From positions 70,190 through 134,189 of the forward strand of contig JAVCBU010000011.1 in NCBI GenBank assembly GCA_037917685.1: a stretch of 64,000 nt of DNA, in the 5' to 3' direction. A model generated the notes under the pieces. It had not been told where the DNA came from, made no database searches, and worked only from the letters and a program-made list of their open reading frames with translations. A program made the translations under genes and the position numbers. This document shows positions 28,655 through 38,022 of this stretch, piece by piece (within the stretch, counting starts at the first letter, position 1; every line of letters begins with the position of its first letter). The stretch is from Thermoproteota archaeon (GTDB lineage: Archaea > Korarchaeota > Korarchaeia > Korarchaeales > JAOZGB01).

Positions 28655-29383
28655 TTATATTCTCCCTATAATGTATGCTATTGAAAGCTGGAATACGAGC
28701 AACATTAGAAGGTACATGTCTAGAGGGAAGGGTTTAAGTATCTTCCTTACGGGTTTCCTATACCTGAACCCTCTTAGCTCGGTGGCGATGCCCATCCATT
28801 TACCCCTTTGTATTCCCAGGCTGAATAGGGGGGTCAGTAAAGACCTCCAGTCTGAAGGCGTGACAGGTGTCTCCCTTAGGCCTCTACTTCTCCTAATCAG
28901 TCTAATCTCATGTATATCCTTCTCAAATATCGAAAGAAGCCTTAGTGAGAGAGCTACCATAAAGGATGCCTCTTTAGGCATCCAAAGTTCGGCCTCTAGA
29001 GATTTTAGGAGGAGCCTAGGGTTTGTAAGGCTTGAGAATATAAGGCTTGCAGAGAGCATTATGCCCAGCCGGAGGCTTACATCAGCGAAGCCGTAGAGGG
29101 CTCCGGACCTAATCTTTAATGGTCCGACGCTGGCTAACGGGGTTCCCCTGGCAAATATAAGGGCATTTATTAAAACTCCTAAAAGGCTTACGAAGAAAGG
29201 TACTAGAAATAGCTTGAACTTTTCGTATCCGACAACTATGCCTATCGGGAGGTTTACTGCTAAAATTAGGATGAGAGACCTTATATCTCTGAATACGAAG
29301 GCTGAAATTGTTAGGGACAGGCTGTATAGGAAAAGTATCGACGGGCTCAGTATTTCTGTCCTACGCATATTTCTCACTCTCAT
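28655..29383 (-). CDS. ECF transporter transmembrane T component (CbiQ/EcfT family)
   Basis: 242 aa polytopic protein with the cytoplasmic coupling-helix motif IRLIRRSRGL. Confidence 0.7.
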   Translation of the reverse strand: MRVRNMRRTEILSPSILFLYSLSLTISAFVFRDIRSLILILAVNLPIGIVVGYEKFKLFLVPFFVSLLGVLINALIFARGTPLASVGPLKIRSGALYGFADVSLRLGIMLSASLIFSSLTNPRLLLKSLEAELWMPKEASFMVALSLRLLSIFEKDIHEIRLIRRSRGLRETPVTPSDWRSLLTPLFSLGIQRGKWMGIATELRGFRYRKPVRKILKPFPLDMYLLMLLVFQLSIAYIIGRI

Positions 29384-30794
29384 CTATAGGTTTCGCTAGA
29401 TATTCTGCAGCTTCCTTTTCCTCTACTTTAAAGGCCGCCCCTCTCTTCAGCAAATATATTTCATCAGCTACCTTTAACACTCTCTCGTCATGGGTTAGAA
29501 GCAAGGCAGTTCCACCTCTCCCTTTAAATCTATTAAGCCATGAGAAAAGATCCCTAACAAGGAACGGGTCTAAACCAGATGTGGCCTCGTCTAAGACTAC
29601 AATTTTAGAATTGTAAACTGACGCTAGAAGATAGGAGAGCATCCTCTTCTGCCCGTAGCTGAGTGTGTAGGGGGAGGAGTCCATAAGCGTGTTGAACTCC
29701 GGATAAGAGGTTTGCACCATCTCACGCCAGTTAACCCCGCTGTGTTTAGATGCAAGTTTAAACTCGTCCTTTACACTGCTTGTTACAAACATGTAAGTAG
29801 GCTCCTGGGGAAGGTAGATCACCAGCTTAAGGAGCTCTTTAGACTTAAGAAGCCATGGTTCACGCCCGTACACCAGGACTTTACCCATTACTGGCTTGTA
29901 CAGGCCAGCCACGATTTTACCAAGTGTTGTCTTTCCGGATCCGTTAGCCCCCACAATCGCATATATACACCCAGCTTTAAGCTTCATGGATAAGCCTTTG
30001 ATTACAAAGGGGTAGGTTTCCTTGTATCTGAACCATACGTCTTCAATTATACAGGAATATCTCTCGTCACACTTCCCCCTCATACGTGGAGACTTTAATA
30101 TTTTAGTGTACCGTTCTAGGTGTCTACGTCCAAATTTCAGAGTTCCGTCTTCTACCACTGCGATTTTATCAGCAAGATTCATAAACTTCTCAGGCTTATG
30201 CTCTGTGATAATAATGGCTACACCCTTTCTTTTCATCTGCGAGACTTGAGAAATTATCTCTGAGACAGCCCATGGGTCGAGATTCGCCGTCGGCTCGTCG
30301 ATAATTAGAAGCTTGGGCTGATGCACTGTAGAAGATGCCAGGCAAAGCCTTTTCTTCTCACCTCCCGAGAGCTCTTCGACATCCCTCTCAGCCGCCCCGT
30401 GTAGCCCGTATCTTTCAAGGATTTTATAACCCTCCTCCAGGGAGTTCTCAAACCCCATATTTTCGAGGGTGAATGTTACCTCGTCGATGGGGGTCTGCAT
30501 AGCTATTTGGAGCTCGTGAGATTGAAGTACAACCCCAACTATTCTTGGAATAGCCGTAAAACCTTCGGGTTTAAGAGGGTCTACACCAAATACTTTTACA
30601 TCGCCTTCCACGTATCCGTTAAGAAGATGGACTAGAACGCCTGTCAAAGCTAGTATCAAGGTTGATTTTCCCGAGCCAGTTTTACCAGCGATAAGCAAGA
30701 CTTCGCCCTTTCCAATGTTAAGCTCAACGTTCTTTAGTATAGGCTTATTTGCCGTATAACCCGCTGACCTTATACTTGCTGTTACTGTTTTCAA
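29361..30794 (-). CDS. fused tandem ABC ATPase of an ECF transporter (YkoD-like)
   Basis: 477 aa with two ABC cassettes: GKTGSGKST / LSGGEKKR / LIIDEP, then GANGSGKTT / LSYGQKRM / VVLDEA. Confidence 0.85.
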   Translation of the reverse strand: MKTVTASIRSAGYTANKPILKNVELNIGKGEVLLIAGKTGSGKSTLILALTGVLVHLLNGYVEGDVKVFGVDPLKPEGFTAIPRIVGVVLQSHELQIAMQTPIDEVTFTLENMGFENSLEEGYKILERYGLHGAAERDVEELSGGEKKRLCLASSTVHQPKLLIIDEPTANLDPWAVSEIISQVSQMKRKGVAIIITEHKPEKFMNLADKIAVVEDGTLKFGRRHLERYTKILKSPRMRGKCDERYSCIIEDVWFRYKETYPFVIKGLSMKLKAGCIYAIVGANGSGKTTLGKIVAGLYKPVMGKVLVYGREPWLLKSKELLKLVIYLPQEPTYMFVTSSVKDEFKLASKHSGVNWREMVQTSYPEFNTLMDSSPYTLSYGQKRMLSYLLASVYNSKIVVLDEATSGLDPFLVRDLFSWLNRFKGRGGTALLLTHDERVLKVADEIYLLKRGAAFKVEEKEAAEYLAKPIDESEKYA

Positions 30795-30807
30795 CTATGC
30801 TGACACC

Positions 30808-32109
30808 CTACCCGTAAGTATAGGTTGGAAGGAAGCCCCACGCCTCCCTGCCAGTCTCCTTGAATCCAAGAAACTTCTTAATTCGCCTAGCCTGATGGCC
30901 TACGGCTAAAGGCGGGCAGCCCGGCACGTATAGAGCTTTCTCTCTAAGCTGCCAGAAAACCCTATGCTTAGTTGAGAAAAGGGCACAGTCTCCCCATACA
31001 ATGGGCAAACCTAGGTCTAGAAGGCTTTCAGGATCATCGGGAACAGCAGGATCGAGCCCCATTATGAAAACGAGTTTCCCAGCTTTCTCTGGAACTTTTT
31101 CGAGGATTCCTTCACCCCTCAAAGCGTAGAGGGTAAATTTGGCCCAGGCCTTGCATGCACGGCATGTACCCCCCTCTAACACTATAATATTTGGAAATAT
31201 TCCCTCTATAATCTCGCAGGAAGCTCTCTTAAGCCTCTTTCTGACATTGCTGATGGGTTCACCCAACACCTCTATCTTCTCAAGGTTTGCTTCACCCAAG
31301 CCCTGGCTGTACGCGATACCTATAGGTCCAATCTCCCTAATTGGATGGTCAAACCCCATCACTGCTGCCCCAACAGCATCCGTAGCTACGGGGTCATCTC
31401 CTGCGAGGAGGACACCCATATCCACGGGATCGCCGTAGATTGGGCCGTCTCCCTCCATAGCTTTAAGCCCGTCTACAATGCACAGTTTAACCTTGTCTCG
31501 GACAGCCTTCAATATATCTACAAGCTTCTGCCAAAGGTCGCTTCTATGGTGTTTCAATCTGTCAGTAAGCGGGTCAACAAGAGCGTGTAAATCTTTAATA
31601 CAAAGTGTTACTCCTCCTCCCTCCATACTGCATTTCATCACTGGTATAGGGATTATAACGTCTGCCCTTAAAGCTTCATCCGCAATTTTCGCCTCTCTAA
31701 GAAGTATTCCTCCTGGAATCTTTACCTTGGTATAGTGTCTTCCACTCTCATCCTCAAATGGGGAAACCTCGCAGCCAACCTCCCCCGCAACACGGTATGC
31801 ACCCACAAGTAATAGTACATCCTTGCTTGTCATCTCCTCACGCCAAAGCAATGTCATAGCAGCCGTCCCCTCTCCTATAACAGGTTTACCTCCCGCACCC
31901 TTCACAAGCTTTGCAACAGCCTTTACAACCCTTATGTCGGTTGTTGTAGGCGGAGGGGCGGGCCTCACAAAGTTAGGTTTCAGCAGTACGCGATCCCCGG
32001 CTTTAACATAGTTTTCTATCCCGCCTACCAGGTCTACAGCATGCTTCAGAGCTCTGAATATTTCATCTTCGCTACGGCCATTCGCCTTTACAATTGAGAC
32101 CCTGGTCAT
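30808..32109 (-). CDS. DUF362 domain protein (long form)
   Basis: 433 aa with LLKPNFV and KAMEGDGPIYGDP. Sits 13 nt upstream of the ECF ATPase gene. Confidence 0.7.
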   Translation of the reverse strand: MTRVSIVKANGRSEDEIFRALKHAVDLVGGIENYVKAGDRVLLKPNFVRPAPPPTTTDIRVVKAVAKLVKGAGGKPVIGEGTAAMTLLWREEMTSKDVLLLVGAYRVAGEVGCEVSPFEDESGRHYTKVKIPGGILLREAKIADEALRADVIIPIPVMKCSMEGGGVTLCIKDLHALVDPLTDRLKHHRSDLWQKLVDILKAVRDKVKLCIVDGLKAMEGDGPIYGDPVDMGVLLAGDDPVATDAVGAAVMGFDHPIREIGPIGIAYSQGLGEANLEKIEVLGEPISNVRKRLKRASCEIIEGIFPNIIVLEGGTCRACKAWAKFTLYALRGEGILEKVPEKAGKLVFIMGLDPAVPDDPESLLDLGLPIVWGDCALFSTKHRVFWQLREKALYVPGCPPLAVGHQARRIKKFLGFKETGREAWGFLPTYTYG

Positions 32110-32121
32110 TAGTTTCCCCCT

Positions 32122-32295
32122 TTAGGTTATGATAGGCTCCTTGTAGCCCTCAATAAAGTATTTAATGGCTTCTTCGAACAGTTGAGAAACACTGTTTATA
32201 CCTATCTCCCTTAGCTTTGGATTGTTCTCCTCGTAGAACTTTAAAGCTATGCTGTAAATCTCCTCTGGTACCTCTATCTTAACTTTTCCGGTCAA
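32122..32295 (-). CDS. small ribbon-helix-helix-like protein (57 aa, below the ORF-track cutoff)
   Basis: TTG start, then TGKVKIEVPEEIYSIALKFYEENNPKLREIGINSVSQLFEEAIKYFIEGYKEPIIT. This is a beta strand followed by two helices. The stop lies 12 nt before the DUF362 start. Confidence 0.4.
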   Translation of the reverse strand: MTGKVKIEVPEEIYSIALKFYEENNPKLREIGINSVSQLFEEAIKYFIEGYKEPIIT

Positions 32296-32320
32296 GTGTT
32301 CACACCACTGTGAATTACGG

Positions 32321-32506
32321 ATGCCAATTCTTAAAAGAATGAGGTTCCATGATAGGTTGATGGGAGAGATATACGTAGATTCAGAGTTGTGGAAAGAATA
32401 TAAGAAGATTGTAGAGGAACTTGGCCATAAACCTGAGAATCTCCTCCCCTTTGTCCTAGAAAAATACCTTAGACATCTGAGAAGGAAGGTTAGTATTGAT
32501 CATTAA
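32321..32506 (+). CDS. small ribbon-helix-helix-like protein
   Basis: 61 aa. MGEIYVDSELWKEYKKIVEELGHKPENLLPFVLEKYLRHL has an RHH-like beta-alpha-alpha pattern. The likely start is the internal ATG at 32360. Confidence 0.35.
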   Translation: MPILKRMRFHDRLMGEIYVDSELWKEYKKIVEELGHKPENLLPFVLEKYLRHLRRKVSIDH

Positions 32507-32554
32507 CTCCTTATAAGTTGCTACATCTTTAACTCCTTATAAGTTGCTACATCA
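32503..32554. repeat. tandem direct repeat, 2 x 26 bp (25/26 identical)
   Basis: ttaactccttataagttgctacatc occurs at 32503-32527 and 32529-32553. Each unit contains the 8-bp palindrome CTTATAAG. Confidence 0.95.
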
Positions 32555-32708
32555 AGAATGGTTTAACATTCCCTTATCGTCGGGTAGGGTATAGGAAGGT
32601 TTGAATATTCGGTTTCAGCAGATCAAACATTTCTAGGAAGGGTAGATCTAAATTTCACACCTATGCTGATGAACCTATATTTTTAAGTGTTCTTATCCGA
32701 CGATTGCT

Positions 32709-34511
32709 GTGTTCGGTAACACTGGTAGAATATTACGTATAGACCTCTCATCTGGTATATGTAGAGTCATCGAGCCTAAGCTTGAAGAATATGTGAGATT
32801 CATAGGTGGGAGAGGCTTATCGATAAAACTGCTCTATGAAATGGCTGAGCCAGGTGTCGATCCGCTGTCACCAGGAAACCCTCTAATATTTATGGCTGGA
32901 CCCCTTACCGGCTCATCTATACCCTACACTTCAAGGATAGCTGTTGTTACGAAGTCTCCACAGACAGGCTTCTACAATAGGTCTATGGCGGGTGGAAGGT
33001 TTCCGGCATGGCTGAAACAGGCCGGCTATGATGGTGTAGTATTAAGTGGAGCCTCGGACAGCTGGATTTACATATTTATTTCCGGAGAAGGCTGTGAGAT
33101 AAAGGATGCTGGCAGGCTTAGAGGCTTGAGTACTAGTGAAACGATAAAGGCTTTGAAAGAAACCCATGGCAATAGGGTATCAGTTGCGTGTATAGGCCAG
33201 GCAGGCGAAAACCTCGTAAACTATGCAAATATCCGGTTTGACATGCACAATTTCGCAGGTAGGGCAGGCGCCGGCTGTGTGATGGGCTCTAAGAAGGTTA
33301 AAGCCATAGTGGTAGAGAAGGGTGAAGGTAGATACAAGCCTAGAGATGTAGAGATGGTTAAAGATATTGCCTTGGAGCTTAACAGGAGAATCAGAGAAGC
33401 CGGTATGGAGAGTTTCAGGAGATATGGCACAGCACAGACTTTACTATTGACGAACGAGCTCGGGGTACTGCCTACTAGGAACTTTCAGACAGGGGTATAT
33501 GAGCACGCTGAGAATCTATCTCACCTGGCACTTTACAAGTATTACAGTTTTTCAATAGGCTGCTACGCCTGCCCTGTAGGATGTAAGAAGGCTTACATGT
33601 TCGAGAATACTGTCTATGGGCCTGAATATGAAAGCCTAGCAATGTTGGGGCCTAACCTTGGGATGAAGGATGTGTCTCAGGTTGCAATACTTAATAATCT
33701 CTGCAATGAGTATGGTATGGATACCATATCAACAGGTGGAACCCTCGCCTTCGTCATGGAGTACTGCCAGAAAAACCCGGAGAAGGCTCCTGTCAAGCTA
33801 CTATTTGGCGACTTTGAATCTGCTAAGAAGGCGATTGAGGATATAGCTTACAGGCGAAACTTCGGAAATATGATGGCCCAGGGTGCTGCTTATCTCTCCA
33901 CAATACTTCCAAAGTCGGAAGGCTACGCTGCCCACGTTAAGGGACTTGAAATGCCTGCGTACGACCCTAGGGGGCTTCAAGGCTTCGGCCTTGCCTATGC
34001 AATTTCCCCCCGTGGAGCCTGCCATAACACCTACTCCATGTATAGGGCGGAGGTCTCGCCTGGCAGGGAAACCGACAGGTTTAGTACAGAGGGGAAGACC
34101 AAGGTCATTAGAAGATGGGCTATTAACTATGCAATCTATGAGATGCTTGTATTCTGTAGTTTTGGCCGGGGCCTCGTAGACAGAGAATTTCTCACCTCAG
34201 CTCTCAGACATGCAACAGACATTGACTACACTGTGGATAATGTTGTAGAGGCCGCGTTGAGGGTGATAACCCTTGAAAGATTATATAACATTAGAGAGGG
34301 GTTAAAACCATGGATGGATACGCTTCCATCGAGGTTTCTGGAGGAGCCCATGCCGGAGGGTCCAGCAAGAGGTATGACGGTTAAGCTCTGGGATATGCTG
34401 GGAGAGGCATATGCAGAGTTTGGCTGGGATGAGAACGGTATTCCAAGTGATGAAACCTTGAGGATGCTTGGCCTGGCGGAGTATAAGCCTAGATATCACT
34501 CTCTATCATGA
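32709..34511 (+). CDS. tungsten aldehyde:ferredoxin oxidoreductase family protein
   Basis: 600 aa, GTG start. AOR N-terminal domain, the [4Fe-4S] ligand pattern CYACPVGC, and conserved C-terminal pterin-binding blocks. Confidence 0.85.
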   Translation: MFGNTGRILRIDLSSGICRVIEPKLEEYVRFIGGRGLSIKLLYEMAEPGVDPLSPGNPLIFMAGPLTGSSIPYTSRIAVVTKSPQTGFYNRSMAGGRFPAWLKQAGYDGVVLSGASDSWIYIFISGEGCEIKDAGRLRGLSTSETIKALKETHGNRVSVACIGQAGENLVNYANIRFDMHNFAGRAGAGCVMGSKKVKAIVVEKGEGRYKPRDVEMVKDIALELNRRIREAGMESFRRYGTAQTLLLTNELGVLPTRNFQTGVYEHAENLSHLALYKYYSFSIGCYACPVGCKKAYMFENTVYGPEYESLAMLGPNLGMKDVSQVAILNNLCNEYGMDTISTGGTLAFVMEYCQKNPEKAPVKLLFGDFESAKKAIEDIAYRRNFGNMMAQGAAYLSTILPKSEGYAAHVKGLEMPAYDPRGLQGFGLAYAISPRGACHNTYSMYRAEVSPGRETDRFSTEGKTKVIRRWAINYAIYEMLVFCSFGRGLVDREFLTSALRHATDIDYTVDNVVEAALRVITLERLYNIREGLKPWMDTLPSRFLEEPMPEGPARGMTVKLWDMLGEAYAEFGWDENGIPSDETLRMLGLAEYKPRYHSLS

Positions 34512-34707
34512 AGTAAGCCTATCTAAAGCCTTCTCGAGGGCTTTACCATGCCTCCATCGATAGTATAAATGATATAATATCTTAGATGCAAGCTTTATAG
34601 TTGAAGCCTTGTTCTGAGCCCACTTGTCAATGTTCTGCCTCCAGCATTCACCTATGATTTCCCATTGAACCTCAGCAAGGGCTTTTGTATCAGCGTTTCT
34701 ACTGTTT

Positions 34708-35100
34708 TCAAGGTTTCAAGGTTTCCATCGCATCTTCAACTCTCTCCCCGGGCATGCCTACTATGATGGTTGCAAGGGGGAAGATACCTGAACTGTTTAG
34801 GGTTTGTATAGCTTCCTTGACAACTACAGGCCATTCTTCAGGCCTGTAGGGTTTGGGTTTCCCAGCCATGCACCTCTTCATCAGGCGTGGACTGCCGGTT
34901 TCAATTCCAACCTCGAAAGTTGCGTACGCCCTTCCATTTCTCCTCCACATAGAGTAGTCTACTAGGATGTCACCCATCATTTCTGTGAGCTTGTCGTCCC
35001 ATGCCGCCAGGGCAAGGGCTGCATGCGCAACCTGGATGTACTCTAAACCTTCAAGTCTAGATATGCTTGAAAATAGCTCGACCAATGCTTTCCTTAGCAC
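34708..35100 (-). pseudogene. radical SAM enzyme remnant (core middle part only)
   Basis: FEVGIETGSPRLMKRCMAGK...ATIIVGMPGERVEDAMETL matches the GIESGS...iiG.PGET region of radical SAM proteins. The CX3CX2C region is missing (the upstream space is occupied by 35130..36032). The ORF ends inside an 8-bp tandem duplication. Confidence 0.5.
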
Positions 35101-35129
35101 CCCTAGAGGGATTGGAAATCCCGCGGCGG

Positions 35130-36032
35130 CTATTTCTTCCCTGCTAATTTCTCCTTTAAGGCCATGATTGTTAAGATCATGGACAGTGTCCCACCTATAA
35201 CCCCTATAATCTTATGGTATTTTGAGATAAGACTCTCCTCCTTTACTATTTCAATCGCGTATTGAACGTCAGGCTTAAATGTTCTCGGTTCGCTCCATTC
35301 GCCATTTTTCCAAAACTGATATTCGATTATAGCTGTACAGTTATACCATCCCTCCGTAGCGGTCTTTGACACTGTGAACTCTGCCGGGCCTAAGGTAAAT
35401 TCTGATCCAGGTAAGACCACTCTCCCATCATCTACGAATTCGTAAGTGTTCTTTGGGAGCCAGCCAGCTCCAACACCATAGGATACTATTTTCACTCGGG
35501 TGTTCATGTTGTTTTTAACATTCATGATATAATGCACCAGCCCCCCAGCCGGAAAAGTAGTAGTCTTGTCTAGAATTTCCCATGTGACAGTGAAGGGTTC
35601 GGTCACGGTTAGGTAATATATTTCCGTATCCCAGGTGTCTTTGACTATTTCTCCATTACTGTACCACGCATAGTCAACCTCCAGGTAATAGCTGTTCTCG
35701 CCGGGAACCGCTGTGTCGGGTACTTCAAAACGGATTTCACCAAGACTTCTTTCCTCTCCAACATCTACATGAACAGGGCTGTTGGAATAGTCAATCTGGA
35801 AGAAGTATCCTTCACTTTCCCATTGGAAGTGCACCCCGATCCATATCACATAAAATGGAATCTCTCCGTCGTTACTTATACTTATGGTGATCTCACCCTG
35901 GTCTCCCTGCGCATAGGATGAGTAGTCGAAAACCCAGTAAAGCGTGAATTCGGGCTCTATTTGGAAGGAGATTTGTATGGACAATGGAAGTATAACAAGC
36001 AGTGGGAGAAGGGGTCTCATAGTTATGATCAA
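35130..36032 (-). CDS. secreted/cell-surface protein with C-terminal membrane anchor, internally duplicated beta-rich module
   Basis: 300 aa. N-terminal signal-like helix, two similar beta-sandwich-like halves, and a C-terminal TM helix followed by KEKLAGKK. Confidence 0.55.
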   Translation of the reverse strand: MIITMRPLLPLLVILPLSIQISFQIEPEFTLYWVFDYSSYAQGDQGEITISISNDGEIPFYVIWIGVHFQWESEGYFFQIDYSNSPVHVDVGEERSLGEIRFEVPDTAVPGENSYYLEVDYAWYSNGEIVKDTWDTEIYYLTVTEPFTVTWEILDKTTTFPAGGLVHYIMNVKNNMNTRVKIVSYGVGAGWLPKNTYEFVDDGRVVLPGSEFTLGPAEFTVSKTATEGWYNCTAIIEYQFWKNGEWSEPRTFKPDVQYAIEIVKEESLISKYHKIIGVIGGTLSMILTIMALKEKLAGKK

Positions 36033-36123
36033 CTCGGCATTAAATTATAACTTTAACTTGCTAAGGAGTCCTAGTTCTAGTAGGTTTTAAATTGTTTCAA
36101 TAGGTCTGACCTTCAGATGTAAA

Positions 36124-38022
36124 TTGCACCCTGTTCTATCACCTGAAGGGGTTAGAATCGCCCTTCTAGGGAACGAGGCCATTGTTAGAGGAGCTTTGGA
36201 GGCAGGTTTATCGGTGGCTGCAGCCTATCCCGGCACACCCTCCACCGAGATAGGGGAAACCCTGTCTAAAATCGCTGAAGAATCGGGAGTGTATTTTGAA
36301 TGGTCGGCTAACGAGAAGGTGGCTACAGAGGTAGCTGCAGCGGCTGCATGGTCGGGGCTGAGGAGTATGACTATGATGAAGCATGTGGGCTTCAACGTAG
36401 CTAGTGACGCCATATTCACGCTGGCATACGCCGGGGTGAAGGCTGGAATGGTTATAGTCTCCGCTGATGATCCCTCGGCCCATTCAAGCCAGAACGAACA
36501 GGATAATAGATACTACGCTTTATCCACCTATCTCCCAATGCTCGAGCCATCAAACTCGCAAGAAGCTAAGGACATGACTAAGGATGCATTCGAACTCTCA
36601 GAAAGGTATAAAGTGCCATTCATCATTAGGACAACTACGAGGCTTAGCCATAGTCGCTGGCCGGTTCTAACAGGCCCACTTGAAAAAGGCAGGGGACTCG
36701 GGTATTTCACGCCTGAAAACTGGGATGACTACCTACAGGTTGGAGCTATAGCGAGAAAACACCATAGGAGACTACTAGAAACAGTTTCAAGGATAGAGAG
36801 GGAGCTTTCAGCTGACCAAAGATTTAACAGGGTTGAGGGGGACGGTAAACTTGGAATCCTAACATCAGGCGTCAGCTATAACTATGTCTACGAGGCTCTC
36901 AGGGTTCTCAATGTTGAAGCAAGGATATTGAAGATGGGCTTAACCTACCCGGTGAGCTTCAAGATCCTCGGCGAGTTCCTCGAAGGGCTTGACCAGGTGA
37001 TAGTGGTTGAAGAGCTGGAGCCGTATCTTGAAATGAACCTGATGGCAGCATCAAAGGAGTATAACCCTGAGGTTAGGATTTACGGCAAGTTGTCAGGACA
37101 CTTCCCAAGGGTTGCCGAGTACACCCCGCTAATAGTGGTCGAAGGAATAGCCAACATTCTAGGAGCATCTATTCCAAAAGACATAGGGCTTAACCCGATG
37201 TATGGGAGTGTTGAAGCCATGGTTCCACCAAGGCCGCCGGTTCTCTGTCCCGGCTGCCCCCATAGGGCTACAGGGTACGTGCTTAGGAAGGTAACCAGAA
37301 AGCGTAAAGACACGATCTTCGTTGGGGATATAGGCTGCTACGCCCTACTCTTCCAGAAGCCCTTTCAAGTCGAGCATATAACACATGCCATGGGGTCATC
37401 TATAGGTTTTGCAAATGGCTTCAGCCAGTCTACCAGGCAGCCTATAGTTGCACTCATAGGAGACTCAACCTTCTTCCACGCAGGTATCCCAGCCCTGGTT
37501 AACGCTGTCCACAATAAGCATAGATTTCTCACCTTAATCCTTGACAACAGGATCACAGCTATGACTGGACACCAGTCACACCCGGGGGTTCCCTACGATG
37601 CAATGGGCAGGAAAGCACCAGCCTTAGATGTGGAGGCCCTCGTAAAATCTCTTGGAGTGGAATATGTCAAAACAGTTGACCCTTACGACTTTAAAAAGCT
37701 TGAGGATGCCATTAAAGGGGGATTAGAACATGATGGTGCATCCGTTGTTATAGCTAGACGTGAATGCGCCCTCCTAACAGTTGGTAGGCTCAGAAAGGTG
37801 GGTAAGAAGATAATTCCCTACAGGGTAAACCCTGAAAAGTGCACTCACTGCAGAGTTTGTATCTCAACGTACTCCTGCCCAGCATTCAAGGATACAGGGG
37901 AAAAAGTTGAGATAGACCCGGCGGTATGTTTCGGATGCGGATCATGTGTCCCCGTATGTCCATTCAATGCTATAGAACCTTCGGAGGGAGCAAAGCCATG
38001 GTTTAAAGGTGATGATAAATGA
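36124..38022 (+). CDS. iorA: indolepyruvate:ferredoxin oxidoreductase alpha subunit
   Basis: 632 aa, TTG start. TPP motifs GDIGCY and GDSTFFH, plus a C-terminal 2x[4Fe-4S] region (CTHCRVCISTYSCP, CFGCGSCVPVCP). Confidence 0.85.
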   Translation: MHPVLSPEGVRIALLGNEAIVRGALEAGLSVAAAYPGTPSTEIGETLSKIAEESGVYFEWSANEKVATEVAAAAAWSGLRSMTMMKHVGFNVASDAIFTLAYAGVKAGMVIVSADDPSAHSSQNEQDNRYYALSTYLPMLEPSNSQEAKDMTKDAFELSERYKVPFIIRTTTRLSHSRWPVLTGPLEKGRGLGYFTPENWDDYLQVGAIARKHHRRLLETVSRIERELSADQRFNRVEGDGKLGILTSGVSYNYVYEALRVLNVEARILKMGLTYPVSFKILGEFLEGLDQVIVVEELEPYLEMNLMAASKEYNPEVRIYGKLSGHFPRVAEYTPLIVVEGIANILGASIPKDIGLNPMYGSVEAMVPPRPPVLCPGCPHRATGYVLRKVTRKRKDTIFVGDIGCYALLFQKPFQVEHITHAMGSSIGFANGFSQSTRQPIVALIGDSTFFHAGIPALVNAVHNKHRFLTLILDNRITAMTGHQSHPGVPYDAMGRKAPALDVEALVKSLGVEYVKTVDPYDFKKLEDAIKGGLEHDGASVVIARRECALLTVGRLRKVGKKIIPYRVNPEKCTHCRVCISTYSCPAFKDTGEKVEIDPAVCFGCGSCVPVCPFNAIEPSEGAKPWFKGDDK

